From Acrocarpospora phusangensis (GTDB lineage: Bacteria > Actinomycetota > Actinomycetes > Streptosporangiales > Streptosporangiaceae), in assembly GCF_016862995.1 (NCBI RefSeq), contig NZ_BOOA01000031.1, forward strand, positions 1 to 64,000: a stretch of 64,000 nucleotides of DNA, given 5' to 3'. Both the position numbers and the translations under genes were made by a program. Positions 48,238-58,065 of this stretch are shown piece by piece (position 1 is the first letter of the stretch; each line of letters starts with the position of its first letter). Below the pieces are notes generated by a model. The model was given only the letters and a program-made list of their open reading frames with translations. It had not been told where the DNA came from and searched no databases.

Positions 48238-48506
48238 TGGGACGGAAGCCTTCCTAGTGATCTCGGGACATCAGTAACACTAGGGAGGTCGGCTTGCGGG
48301 TTGCTTTCACCTGGCTTACAGCTCTTTATACGGAACTTATCTGCACGAAGAGTTCTGAAAGATTCAGGTATTTCCGCTGGGTCTGACGGGGTTTTCAAGG
48401 GCAGACAAGCATGATCACTGGGAGCGCTCCCATACGAGAGCCTAATTAGACGCGTTTGTCAACCCCCGTTCCGGTGCGGCTCGCGACCCGCGAGCCGCAC
48501 CGGCCG

Positions 48507-50015
48507 TCAGGTTCCCCGCGCGTCGAACGCGGCCTTGACGCGATCCAGCGCCGCGTCCAGCTTCGACTTCAGTCCCGGCGTCAGCGCGCCCTCGCGCAGC
48601 CGGTCGTTGAGCTTGATCCGGATGTTCCCCACGGCACTCGGATCATTGTTCGCGATCATGTTCTGCACCAGGGTGCGCAGGTCCTGGACGGCCAGTGAAG
48701 TGATCTCCCCGCTCCCGGCCCCGGAGTCCAGCAGCGCCACGAAGGCCGCCGCCTCCTCCTCGACCGAGCCCGAGCTCACCGGGCTGGCCAGGGGCAGCGG
48801 CGCCAGCGTCCTGGTAGCGCCCGGCTTCTTGCCCGTCGGCGAGGGCTGCGGCCGGGTGCCGGGCGTCGGGTCGGGATCCGGATCGGCACCGGACCCGCCG
48901 CCGTCGTTGTCACCGTCGTCACCGGCGTCGGCGGAGCCGGTGTCCCGGTCGGGTTCCGGCTCGCCGGTGCGATCCGGGTTGAGGATCGGCCTGGCCCGGT
49001 CGGTGGCGCGCGGGGTCGACTCCGCGGCCTCCCCGGTGCGCTGGGTGGCGTGGGCCGCCGGGGTCGGCAGGGTCTCGGCGGCCACGCCCGCGGGGGCGAG
49101 GGTGGGCTGCTGCCAGAGCAGCACCCCGAGCGCCAGCACGCCGGCCACCCCGGCCGCCCACTTCAGCCAGCCGGGCTCCCGCCCGGTCTCGCCGGGCATC
49201 AGGGCCTCGGCCACCTCGCGCGCGCTCGGCCGTACGGTCGGGTCGGGGGACAGGCACTGCCGGCACAGCGCCGCGATCTCCGGCGGCAGCCCCGGCACGC
49301 TGTCCGGGCTGGGCGGCGGGCCCTCCCTGCGGGCCGCCTCGATCCCCTCCCAGGTCGTCTCCGGGTACGGCGGGACGCCGGTGAGCATCTCGTACAGCAG
49401 GACGCCCAGCGAGTAGACGTCCACGGCCGGGGCGGCGGGTAGCTCCTTGAGCCGCTCCGGCGCCACGTAGGGCGGGGTGCCGAAGTCGGCCACCAGCTCG
49501 TCGTCGGCCTCGCCGGCGAACACGGCGATGCCGAAGTCGAGCAGCTTCGCCCCGTCCGAGGCGAGCAGCACGTTCTCCGGTGTGACGTCGCGGTGCACGA
49601 TGCCCCGCTCGTGGGCCGCGGCCAGCACCAGGGCCAGCCGGGCGGCGATGGCGGTGGCCTCCGCCCACGGCAGCGGGCCCTCGCTGAGCCGGTCGGCCAG
49701 TGACCTGCCTTCCAGGAGCCGCATCACGACGTACGCGGCGAGCCGGCCACGGGGGGTGACCGTCTCGCCGTAGTCGTACACCTCGATGGCGTCCGGATGG
49801 ATCAGCCGGGCGGTGGCCCGGGCCTCGCGCCTGATCAGCTCGCGGCCCGGGTTGTCGCCGTCCAGTGCCCCGTCCAGCACCTTGATCGCCACAGTCCGCT
49901 GTAAGGACTGGTCGAAGGCACGCCAGATCACCGACATGCCTCCCGTGGCGATCCGCTCCTGAAGCAGATAGCGACGGGTCAGGACGTCGCCTTCGGCCAG
50001 CTCAGGTTGATTCAC
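48507..50015 (-). CDS. Ser/Thr protein kinase (Hanks-type), single-pass membrane with Pro/Asp-rich extracellular linker
   Basis: Kinase subdomains 'AIKVL', '[11 protein letters not shown]', 'DFGIA' and 'GTPPYVAPE'. TM '[16 protein letters not shown]'. Confidence 0.85.
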   Translation of the reverse strand: MNQPELAEGDVLTRRYLLQERIATGGMSVIWRAFDQSLQRTVAIKVLDGALDGDNPGRELIRREARATARLIHPDAIEVYDYGETVTPRGRLAAYVVMRLLEGRSLADRLSEGPLPWAEATAIAARLALVLAAAHERGIVHRDVTPENVLLASDGAKLLDFGIAVFAGEADDELVADFGTPPYVAPERLKELPAAPAVDVYSLGVLLYEMLTGVPPYPETTWEGIEAARREGPPPSPDSVPGLPPEIAALCRQCLSPDPTVRPSAREVAEALMPGETGREPGWLKWAAGVAGVLALGVLLWQQPTLAPAGVAAETLPTPAAHATQRTGEAAESTPRATDRARPILNPDRTGEPEPDRDTGSADAGDDGDNDGGGSGADPDPDPTPGTRPQPSPTGKKPGATRTLAPLPLASPVSSGSVEEEAAAFVALLDSGAGSGEITSLAVQDLRTLVQNMIANNDPSAVGNIRIKLNDRLREGALTPGLKSKLDAALDRVKAAFDARGT

Positions 50016-51006
50016 GGACGACCAGTTCCGTGGGCAGCACGGGGTTGCCCTTGGGTATCTCGTCCTCGGCGAGGGCCATGAGCAGCATGCGCGCCGCCAG
50101 GGCGGCGAGCTCCTCGACCGGTTGGCGGACGGTGGTGAGGGCGGGGGTGGTGTGCCTGGCGATGGGCGCGTCGTCGAAGCCGATCACCGCGACGTCGTCG
50201 GGCACCTTGCGCCCGGCCCGTCGCAGCGCCTGCATCGCGCCGGCGGCCATCACGTCGGACGCCGCGAAGACGGCGTCCAGGCGCGGCGCGCGCTGCAGCA
50301 GCCACTGCATCGCGTGCGCGCCGGAAGCGTGGGTGAAGTCGCCGTAGGCCACGGGCATGTCGGTGATGCCCGCGTCCCTGAGCGTCTCCCGGAAGCCGTC
50401 GAGACGGTCCCGGGCGGCGGGCAGGGTCGGCGGCCCGGCGATGGTGGCGATCACGCGGCGGTTGCCCAGCAGCAGGTGTTCCGCGGCCTGCCGCCCGCCG
50501 TCCCGGTTGTCCATGTCGACGTACGGGAGATCCACGCCGTCCGGCGGCCGGCCCGCGCTGCGCACCGGGATGCCGGACGCGGCGAGGGTGACGGCCAGTG
50601 GGTGCCTGGCCCGGGCGCCCACCAGGAGCACCCCGTCCACGGCCCCCGCGACCAGCGGTGGGGCCGCGATCGCCGCGGTGGCGGGGGTGGCCGTCATCAC
50701 CACGAGGGGGACCCCGTGGGCGGCGAACACCTCCTCGGCCGCCGACAGCAGTCGGGCGTAGAAGGGTTCGCTGAACAGCCGTGGAGTCTGCTCGCAGATC
50801 ACGGCGGCCACGATCTGGTCGGTGCGTCTGGCGGTCGAGCCCCGAGGGGCGCGGCGCCTTACATAACCAAGGCGGGACATGGCGTCGTGCACCTGTCGCC
50901 TGGTCGATGTAGTGACGCGTACCGAGCCCGTCAGGACTCGGGAAGCGGTTGCCGGGGAGACGCCAGCAGCGGCGGCTACCTCTGCGAGGGTGGGAAGATC
51001 GGCCAT
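50002..51006 (-). CDS. LacI family transcriptional regulator
   Basis: HTH 'TLAEVAAAAGVSPATASRVL' plus a periplasmic-binding-protein-like domain. 14-nt overlap with the downstream kinase gene. Confidence 0.85.
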   Translation of the reverse strand: MADLPTLAEVAAAAGVSPATASRVLTGSVRVTTSTRRQVHDAMSRLGYVRRRAPRGSTARRTDQIVAAVICEQTPRLFSEPFYARLLSAAEEVFAAHGVPLVVMTATPATAAIAAPPLVAGAVDGVLLVGARARHPLAVTLAASGIPVRSAGRPPDGVDLPYVDMDNRDGGRQAAEHLLLGNRRVIATIAGPPTLPAARDRLDGFRETLRDAGITDMPVAYGDFTHASGAHAMQWLLQRAPRLDAVFAASDVMAAGAMQALRRAGRKVPDDVAVIGFDDAPIARHTTPALTTVRQPVEELAALAARMLLMALAEDEIPKGNPVLPTELVVREST

Positions 51007-51042
51007 CCGGTCTCCTCAGGCCCGAAGTGTGTCACGCGGCGG

Positions 51043-51060
51043 CTTGGGAGCGCTCCCAAG
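51043..51060. promoter_or_regulatory. perfect 18-bp palindrome CTTGGGAGCGCTCCCAAG (LacI-type operator) 37 bp upstream of the LacI start
   Basis: Direct reading. Core GAGCGCTC is the same as the symmetric lac operator. Confidence 0.55.
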
Positions 51061-51100
51061 AACGTATCACTGTTTCGGGCGTGTCAACAGAGGTTTCATA

Positions 51101-51120
51101 GCGATGAAACCTTTCATCGT
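51101..51120. promoter_or_regulatory. perfect inverted repeat GGTTTCAT-agcg-ATGAAACC
   Basis: Direct reading. AT-rich palindrome in the 640-bp LacI/DUF4331 intergenic region. Confidence 0.45.
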
Positions 51121-51709
51121 TTTTCACCGGCCTTGCACACACGGGCAGGGTAGATGAATACCTGCCAATCTGTGGGGATATCGGGGCAATCGAGACTCTA
51201 AAAACTGGAAAAATGACGTTTTGTAGTCAAAGATGTACATAATGTAGTCAAATATCTTGACATCGAGAATTCACATGTTTCCCCGGCTATTTGTCCGAGT
51301 CGGCGGGGGCGCGGCCGGCTCGATCTCCTACACAGCGCAGGAGCAGGCACTCTGTTCGACAAAGTGTTTGATGATTATCGGAGGGCCGCGGTGGGTCCGG
51401 GTCAGAGCGGGGGGACTGGACAGCGGAGGGGCGGCCCCGCGCAAATTGCCGGAGGGGTGAGAGGGGTCGCCGGCGCCCGCCATCCGGCCGGTTTGACCTC
51501 CCCCTGGGTACGTTCACAGGCCCGGCGTTACCACCGTCCGTTAGACGCCGGGTGTTTCGGTGCTCAAGTGGAGCGTATGTACCCGATCTTTCATATCCGT
51601 CCCGATTGCCATGGGCGATAGGGGGGACGATCACCACTGATCACCCTGTGTAATGGAAATCGTTACACATCGTGATACTGGAAACTGGTACATCTCGATG
51701 AGGAAAAGC

Positions 51710-53008
51710 ATGAATCAGGCCTCGAAGCGGATCGCGGCTGGAGGAGTCGCGGGCTCGATGCTCGCCGCGGGCTTCCTGGCGGGTCCCGGCACCCTTCCCG
51801 GTCAGGCGTCCAACCACCTCGCCGCCCCGACCCAGATTCTCGACCCGCGTACGGACGTCACCGACCTGTACGCCTTCACCAGCCCCGACCGCCCCGACAC
51901 GGTCACCGTCATCTGGAACCACCTGCCCTTCGAACTGCCGGACACCCCGCTGCCCTGGTACCGCTTCGCCACCCAGGGCTTCTACGACCTGCACTTCGAC
52001 AACACCGGCGACGGCAGACCCGAGCTGACCTACCGGTGGCGGTACCACGACGGCCGACCGGACCTCCGCGAGCAGCCGCCGCAGAGCTACCGGCTGGAGG
52101 TCCTCCAACCGGGGCGCGGGCTTGAGGTGCTGCTGGCGGACGCGCCGGTCGGGCCGTACCCCGTCGAGGACCCCGTCGAGGACACCGTCGGGGCCGGGTT
52201 CGCGGTGGAGTGGAAGCGGGCCGTCGTGCCGCTGCCCGGGGGCGGGCAGACCTTTTCCGGCCAGGTCAGGGACCCGTACGCGGAATTCCGCGTGCTCGCA
52301 GGCGGCACGCCGTTCAACGTGCACTCCATCGCCGTCCAGCTGCCGAAGACGGAGCTGGCGCTCAACGGGGACGTCGGACGCAACCCGGTCGTGGGGATCT
52401 GGGCGACCTCGTCGCGGCGGTCGCTCGACCTGCGGGACGCGGCGGCGCGGCCGTACCGGCAGGTGTCGCGGGAGGGGTCGGCCATGTTCGGGGACGGTCT
52501 GCTGCCGCAGCCGCTGCGGGACGCGTACCAGAACGTGTCCTCGCCGCACACCGACCACGCGTGGGCGGAGCTGCGGGCGGCGGTGCACCACCCGCTCGTG
52601 TCCAGGACGCTCGCGACGGGGCTGCCGCCGAAGGAGCCGCGCATCGACCTGGAGCAGGTCTTCCTCACCGGCATCGCCGAGGCCACCGGGCCGATCAGGA
52701 TCGACCTCAACGCGCACCTGCTCAACCGGGACGCCGATCCCGCCAGGATCGTCCCGGCCGAGATGACCCGGCTGAACATGACGACGCCGGTCACCGCCAG
52801 GCCCGACCCGTACGGACTGGCCGGCGGCGACCCGCAGGGCTGGCCGAACGGGCGGCGGCTGACCGACAACGTGACCGTGGCGTTCACGCGCCTGGCCAGA
52901 GGCGAACCCGTGGGCGGGGGCGCGCCGCCGGCGGCCTGGCTGAGCCCGGCCAAGGGCGTCACCGGCTTCCCGTACGAGGCCGCCCCAGAACTCCGGAGGC
53001 AGCCATGA
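51710..53008 (+). CDS. secreted DUF4331 domain protein
   Basis: 'TDVTDLYAFTSPDRPD' is the DUF4331 hallmark. Signal peptide. RBS AGGAAAAG before the ATG at 51710 (the alternative ATG 51698 is also in frame). Confidence 0.7.
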   Translation: MNQASKRIAAGGVAGSMLAAGFLAGPGTLPGQASNHLAAPTQILDPRTDVTDLYAFTSPDRPDTVTVIWNHLPFELPDTPLPWYRFATQGFYDLHFDNTGDGRPELTYRWRYHDGRPDLREQPPQSYRLEVLQPGRGLEVLLADAPVGPYPVEDPVEDTVGAGFAVEWKRAVVPLPGGGQTFSGQVRDPYAEFRVLAGGTPFNVHSIAVQLPKTELALNGDVGRNPVVGIWATSSRRSLDLRDAAARPYRQVSREGSAMFGDGLLPQPLRDAYQNVSSPHTDHAWAELRAAVHHPLVSRTLATGLPPKEPRIDLEQVFLTGIAEATGPIRIDLNAHLLNRDADPARIVPAEMTRLNMTTPVTARPDPYGLAGGDPQGWPNGRRLTDNVTVAFTRLARGEPVGGGAPPAAWLSPAKGVTGFPYEAAPELRRQP

Positions 53009-54249
53009 GACGCGCCGCGTCCGTGCTGGTCACCATCGCCGCCCTGGTGGCCGTGGCGCTCATCGTGTACGGCGACCCGGACGAGGACACCGGCCCGCCC
53101 CCGATCCGCGCGTTCGCGTTCGACCTGCCCGGGCGCATCGAAGCCGACCGGCGCTACCTGACGCGGGCCCCGGGCGACGCCACGGTCTGGGCCGAGCTGG
53201 GCCTCGGCTACCTCGAGCAGGCCCGGGTCACCGCGAACCCGGCCTACTACCCGAAGGCCGAGAACGCGCTGCGCGAGTCGCTGCGGCTGCGGCCCGCCGG
53301 CAACGACACGGCCCTGGTGGGCATGGCCGCGCTGACCGGCGCCCGGCACGAGTTCGACGGCTCCCGGGACTGGGCGATCAAGGCCGCCGCCGCCAACCCG
53401 GCCAACCCGCTCGCCCACGGCCTGCTCTCCGACGCGTACCTGCAGCTCGGCGACCCGCGCAAGGCCCACAAGGCCCTCCAGGCCATGCTGGACACCAAAC
53501 CCGGCGTGGCCTCCTTCGTCCGCGCCGCCCACCTCTTCCGGCTGAAGAACCAGTACGGCCGGGCCTCCGACGCCCTCAAGATGGCCCTGGACTCGGCCGC
53601 CGGCATGACCGACATCGCCGACATCCACTGCCGCAGGGGCGACCTCGCCTGGCACACCGGCCGCCCGTCGCTGCGCTCGTACGAGCTGGCGCTGGCCGCC
53701 CACCCCGGCTACCCGGCCGCGCTGGCCGGCCGGGCCCGCGCGCTGGTTTCACTCGGCCGCGACCGGGAAGCCGTCCGCGCGTACGCGACCGCGGTCGCCC
53801 GCAACCCGGAGCCGCAGACCCTCATGGAATACGGCGAACTGCTCAAGTCCCTGGGCCGCGAGGCCGAGGCCGAGACCCAGTTCCGGGTCTTCCGCGCGGC
53901 GCTCAAGCTGTTCGCCGCCGGCGGCGTCATCGACGACCTGACGGCGGGCCGGTTCGAGGCCGACCACGGCGACCCGATGACCGCGGTCGTGTATCTGGCC
54001 GGGGAGTGGTCGCGCCGCCCCACGAGCGAGGTGTCCGACGCGTACGCTTGGGCGCTGCACCGGGCGGGACGGGACCGGGACGCGATCAGGTTCGCGCGCG
54101 CCGACAGCGCGCTGGCGGCCTACCACCGGTCCGAGATCGAGCGCGCCCTGGGCCGGCGGGCCGCCGCGAAGCGCAGCCTGGCCCGGGCGCTGGAGCTCAA
54201 CCCGAACCTGCCTGTCCTGCGGAGAATGGAGGTGGCGCGTGGACGGTGA
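53005..54249 (+). CDS. membrane-anchored tetratricopeptide-repeat protein (DUF4331 partner)
   Basis: ATGA overlap with the DUF4331 stop. N-terminal TM 'VLVTIAALVAVALIVY'. TPR-like helical repeats. Confidence 0.7.
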   Translation: MRRAASVLVTIAALVAVALIVYGDPDEDTGPPPIRAFAFDLPGRIEADRRYLTRAPGDATVWAELGLGYLEQARVTANPAYYPKAENALRESLRLRPAGNDTALVGMAALTGARHEFDGSRDWAIKAAAANPANPLAHGLLSDAYLQLGDPRKAHKALQAMLDTKPGVASFVRAAHLFRLKNQYGRASDALKMALDSAAGMTDIADIHCRRGDLAWHTGRPSLRSYELALAAHPGYPAALAGRARALVSLGRDREAVRAYATAVARNPEPQTLMEYGELLKSLGREAEAETQFRVFRAALKLFAAGGVIDDLTAGRFEADHGDPMTAVVYLAGEWSRRPTSEVSDAYAWALHRAGRDRDAIRFARADSALAAYHRSEIERALGRRAAAKRSLARALELNPNLPVLRRMEVARGR

Positions 54250-54607
54250 TCTGCTTCGCCGACTGGTGGACGAGGTGGCCGAGCAGTTCGGCGGCCGGGC
54301 CGAGGTGCAGCTGGACGAGGTCGAGGAGTGCGACCCCTACTGGGAACCCGGCCCGGACGGCACCGCGCCGGCCTCGGTCCGGCACAGCTACGTGGTGCAC
54401 GTGCACAGCGACCTGCCCGACGTCTCGGAGACCGTCTTCGGCGCCGTACGGCAGCGCATGGGCGCCGAGTGGCAGATCGCGGAACGCCCGGTGGGGGAGA
54501 CGTACGCGGTGGACTTCACCGGCCGGGACGGGACCTTCCTCGGCGTCGTCTTCGACCCCAAGGGCAACGGCCCGATCGTGGTGATCGGCCGGACCGCGAA
54601 CTCGTAG
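54239..54607 (+). CDS. hypothetical protein (122 aa)
   Basis: Balanced composition. 11-nt overlap with the TPR gene. Confidence 0.45.
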   Translation: MDGDLLRRLVDEVAEQFGGRAEVQLDEVEECDPYWEPGPDGTAPASVRHSYVVHVHSDLPDVSETVFGAVRQRMGAEWQIAERPVGETYAVDFTGRDGTFLGVVFDPKGNGPIVVIGRTANS

Positions 54608-54734
54608 CGGGAGCTCCCACGGGTCCGCTCGTGGGAGCTCCAGCCAGACGTATACGGCGTGGCGGCGGACAATTCATCTCCCGCCTTATCGGTCTGAGCT
54701 TCCTCTTATCCGGCTTTCGGTAAGGTCCAAGCCC

Positions 54735-55415
54735 ATGACGACCTACCGGTGGATCGCCGTGCCCGTCCTGATGGCCCTGCTGACCGCGTGCAGCCAGGAG
54801 ACGCCTGCGGCGGCCCCCGCCAGCCCGCCGGCCACCGCCGAGACCTCCGCCGCGGCCTCTCCCCCTGCGGCATCTTCCCCCGCGGCCACGCCCGAAGCCG
54901 AGCCCAGCGCGACGGCCGGCGCAGAAGCCAGTCCCGCGGCGGCCGTGACCACCCCGGCCGCCGGCTACAACGACGCCGACGTCACCTTCGCGGCCTCGAT
55001 GATCCCGCACCACCTGCAGGCCCTGGACCTGACCCAGCTGGCCGCCACCCGCGCCGACGACCTGTGGGTCAGGGACCTGGCCGGTCGCGTCCGCAGCCAG
55101 CGCGAGCCCGAGATCCGCCTGCTCAAGGGCCTGCTGGACGGCTGGGGCGAGGAGCCGCTGCCCCGCGACCACGACCTGCCCGGCGGCGTCTCGAAGGCCG
55201 AGATGGACAAGCTGGCCGCCGCCTCGGGCGCCGCCTTCGACCGCATGTTCGTCACGCTGCTGATCGCGCACCACGAGGGTGCGCTCACCCTGGCCAGGGC
55301 GGAGCAGGAGCAGGGCGCGCACGCGGACGCCAAGGCCATGGCCGGCGGCATGGTGGTCACCCAGGAGTCCGAGCTCAAGGAGATGAAGAAGTACCTGACC
55401 CGGCTGAAGAAGTGA
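54735..55415 (+). CDS. DUF305 family lipoprotein (metal/copper-homeostasis associated)
   Basis: Lipobox 'LLTACS'. Paired 'HH' motifs ('MIPHHLQA', 'LIAHHEGA') typical of DUF305. Confidence 0.75.
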   Translation: MTTYRWIAVPVLMALLTACSQETPAAAPASPPATAETSAAASPPAASSPAATPEAEPSATAGAEASPAAAVTTPAAGYNDADVTFAASMIPHHLQALDLTQLAATRADDLWVRDLAGRVRSQREPEIRLLKGLLDGWGEEPLPRDHDLPGGVSKAEMDKLAAASGAAFDRMFVTLLIAHHEGALTLARAEQEQGAHADAKAMAGGMVVTQESELKEMKKYLTRLKK

Positions 55416-55419
55416 CCGG

Positions 55420-56028
55420 TCAGTTCTCGTAGGTGTCCAGGCGCGGGGGGAGCGTGTTCCAGGTGCAGAAGGCCGAGGACTCCGTGCCGCCCTTCAGGAA
55501 CGTGATCCGCAGCCAGAACGCCTCCTCCCAGACCTTCAGCTCGTAGCCGTCGGCGGGCGTGGCCGACACCATCCGGCAGTCCTTCTCCCGTACGGCCACG
55601 GTCGCCCGGCCGCCCCTGAGCGTGAACGTGTGCAGGACCTCGCCGGGCGTCGGGCTGGGGGTGGTACGCGGGGTCCTCGGGCGCGGCGGGCTCGTGGCCC
55701 CGGGCGTGGAGCTGGGCCGTACGGGCTGGGGGGTCGCGGTCGGGCGGCGAGCCGGGGACTTGGACGGCCGGGGCCCGCGCGCGGACGGGGACGGCGACGC
55801 GGCCGGCGGTGACGACGACGAGGCGGGGATCGAGGGCGGGGGCGAGAGGGCGCGGGACACGCCCGACACCGCGGTGGGCGGGGCCGCCACGAGGAGGGGC
55901 GCGGGCGGGTCCTCCCCGAGGACGGTGGCGTGCAGCACCTCGCCGACACCCAGCCAGGCCACGGTCACCGCGAGCGCCGTCGCGCCGCACCAGGCGAGTG
56001 TGTACCCGATTGCCCTTGGTAGGTGCAT
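55420..56028 (-). CDS. membrane-anchored hypothetical protein with Pro/Ser-rich linker
   Basis: N-terminal TM, then a Pro-rich low-complexity linker, then a C-terminal globular segment ('FTLRGGRATVAVREKDCRMVSATPADGYELKVWEEAFWLRI'). Confidence 0.45.
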   Translation of the reverse strand: MHLPRAIGYTLAWCGATALAVTVAWLGVGEVLHATVLGEDPPAPLLVAAPPTAVSGVSRALSPPPSIPASSSSPPAASPSPSARGPRPSKSPARRPTATPQPVRPSSTPGATSPPRPRTPRTTPSPTPGEVLHTFTLRGGRATVAVREKDCRMVSATPADGYELKVWEEAFWLRITFLKGGTESSAFCTWNTLPPRLDTYEN

Positions 56029-56070
56029 AGGTCGGAATTATGACCTAGAAGTGCCGTAGCGTACTGGCTC

Positions 56071-56745
56071 ATGGCTACCGTGCTGGTGGTGGAGGACGAC
56101 GAGTTCGTCCGTTCGGCGATCATCCGGGACCTGGTCGGGCGCAGCCACGCGGTGCGCAGCGCGGGACGCGCCCTCGACGCGCTCCGCGACATCGCGCACT
56201 ACCCGCCCGACGTGGTCGTGCTCGACCTGGGGCTGCCCGACCTGGACGGTGCCGAGGCGCTGAAGATGCTGCGCGCGATCTCCGATGTGCCGGTGATCGT
56301 GGCCACGGCGCGCGACGACGAACGCGAGATCATCCGGCTGTTGCGGGCGGGTGCGGACGACTACCTGATCAAGCCTTTCTCCGGCGACCATCTGAACGCC
56401 CGGCTGGAGGCGTTGCTGCGGCGGGCCAGGGCCGTACCGGTCACCAGGACGATCCGGGTGGGCGGGCTGAGTGTGGATCCGGATCGGCGGGAGGCGTACC
56501 TGGACGGGACGCAGCTGGAGCTGACCCGGCGGGAGTTCGACCTGCTCGCCTACCTGTGCGCGCGGCCCGGCACCGTGGTGTCCCGCAAGGAGCTGCTGGC
56601 CGAGGTGTGGCAGCAGTCCTACGGCGACGACCAGACCATCGACGTGCACCTGTCCTGGCTGCGGCGCAAACTCGGCGAGAGCGCGTCCCAGCCGCGCTAC
56701 CTGCACACCGTGCGGGGCGTCGGCGTACGCATCAGCGCGCCGTGA
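56071..56745 (+). CDS. OmpR-family two-component response regulator
   Basis: Receiver 'VLVVEDDEFV...DVVVLDLGLPDLDG' plus a winged-helix effector domain. Confidence 0.9.
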   Translation: MATVLVVEDDEFVRSAIIRDLVGRSHAVRSAGRALDALRDIAHYPPDVVVLDLGLPDLDGAEALKMLRAISDVPVIVATARDDEREIIRLLRAGADDYLIKPFSGDHLNARLEALLRRARAVPVTRTIRVGGLSVDPDRREAYLDGTQLELTRREFDLLAYLCARPGTVVSRKELLAEVWQQSYGDDQTIDVHLSWLRRKLGESASQPRYLHTVRGVGVRISAP

Positions 56746-58037
56746 GGCGGGGCCTGGCGCTGGTCGCGGTGGCCGTCACCGCGATGGTGGCGCTGGCGTT
56801 CCTGATCCCGCTGGCCGCCGTGGTGAAGGAGGTCGCCGAGACCAGGGCGCTGGCCGAGGCCGAGCGGCAGGCGACCGCGATCGTGCCCGCGCTGGTGCTG
56901 ACCGTGGACGCCAAACGGCTGGAACGGGCGCTGGCCAGCACTCCCGCCGGGGCCGCCGGGCGGCTGGCCGTACACCTGCCCACCGGCACGGTCGGGCGCG
57001 GCCGGGCGCCCGGCACGGCGGTCGCGTCGGCGCGGGCCACGACGCTGCGGCTCCCCGGCGGCTACGTGCTGCTGCGGCCGGTCGCGCTGGATCGCGGCCG
57101 CACCGCGGTGATCGAGGTGTACGCCCCCGAGTCGGACCTGACCAGGGGCGTCGCCACGTCGTGGGCGGTGCTCACCGGGGTCGCGGTGGTCCTGGTGGCC
57201 GGGTCCGTGGTGGTCGCCGACCGGCTGGGCGCGCGGGTGGTGCGGGCCACCCGGCGGCTCGGCGACGCCGCGACCTCGCTCGGCTCCGGCGACCTGTCGG
57301 TACGGATCGAGCCCGACGGGCCGCCCGAGCTGGTCGCGGCAGGGCAGGCGTTCAACACCATGGCCGACCAGGTGGCCGGGCTGCTCGCCGCCGAGCGTGA
57401 GATGGCCGCCGACCTGTCCCACCGCCTCCGTACGCCCCTGACCGCGCTCCGCCTCCAGCTCGGCGACCACGGCCCGGCGGCCGAGCAGGTGGACCGGCTG
57501 GAACGGGAGGTGGACGCCATCATCGAGGCCGCCCGCCGCCCGTCCCGTCCGATGCCCGGGCGCTGCGACGCGGCCGAGGTGCTGCGCGAACGGCTGGTCT
57601 TCTGGTCGGCGCTGGCCGAGGACCAGGGCCGGCCGTGGGAGCTGATCGGGGCGGACGCCCCCGCCCCGGTCCCGGTGGCCGCCGCCGAACTCAGCGCGGT
57701 CGTGGACGCCACCCTCGGCAACGTGTTCCGGCACACCCCGCAGGGCACGCCCTTCGCCGTCACCCTGCACCAGGGCAGCGGCATGGTCGGCATCCTGGTC
57801 GCCGACGCGGGGCCCGGCATCGCCGACCCGGAGGGCGCCCTGAAACGCGGCCACAGCGGGGCCGGATCCACCGGGCTCGGCCTGGACATCGCCCGCCGCC
57901 TGGCCGAGTCCACCGGCGGGTCGGTCCGCGTCGAACGCTCCGCCCTCGGCGGCGCGGGCGTGCAGCTCTGGCTGCGTACCTCGCCGCAGACGCCGAAGCC
58001 GCGTACGCGCAGGCTGCTGGGCCGAGCCCTGAGTTGA
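56742..58037 (+). CDS. two-component sensor histidine kinase (HAMP, HisKA, HATPase_c)
   Basis: GTGA overlap with the response-regulator stop. H-box 'ADLSHRLRTPLTAL'. G-boxes 'GSTGLGLDIARRLAE'. Two TM helices. Confidence 0.85.
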   Translation: MRRGLALVAVAVTAMVALAFLIPLAAVVKEVAETRALAEAERQATAIVPALVLTVDAKRLERALASTPAGAAGRLAVHLPTGTVGRGRAPGTAVASARATTLRLPGGYVLLRPVALDRGRTAVIEVYAPESDLTRGVATSWAVLTGVAVVLVAGSVVVADRLGARVVRATRRLGDAATSLGSGDLSVRIEPDGPPELVAAGQAFNTMADQVAGLLAAEREMAADLSHRLRTPLTALRLQLGDHGPAAEQVDRLEREVDAIIEAARRPSRPMPGRCDAAEVLRERLVFWSALAEDQGRPWELIGADAPAPVPVAAAELSAVVDATLGNVFRHTPQGTPFAVTLHQGSGMVGILVADAGPGIADPEGALKRGHSGAGSTGLGLDIARRLAESTGGSVRVERSALGGAGVQLWLRTSPQTPKPRTRRLLGRALS

Positions 58038-58065
58038 TGTGACATATCCCGATAGAGTCGGCGGC

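Noticed and set aside
50879-51157. 92-aa plus-strand ORF inside the LacI/DUF4331 intergenic region
   Set aside because: It overlaps the LacI 5' end in antisense, has poor composition, and contains the operator palindromes. More likely regulatory DNA.
58039-58065. ATG at 58039 as the SARP start
   Set aside because: The first nine codons use AT-rich codons atypical for this genome. GTG 58066 gives the canonical SARP N-terminus 'VEFRVLGP'.
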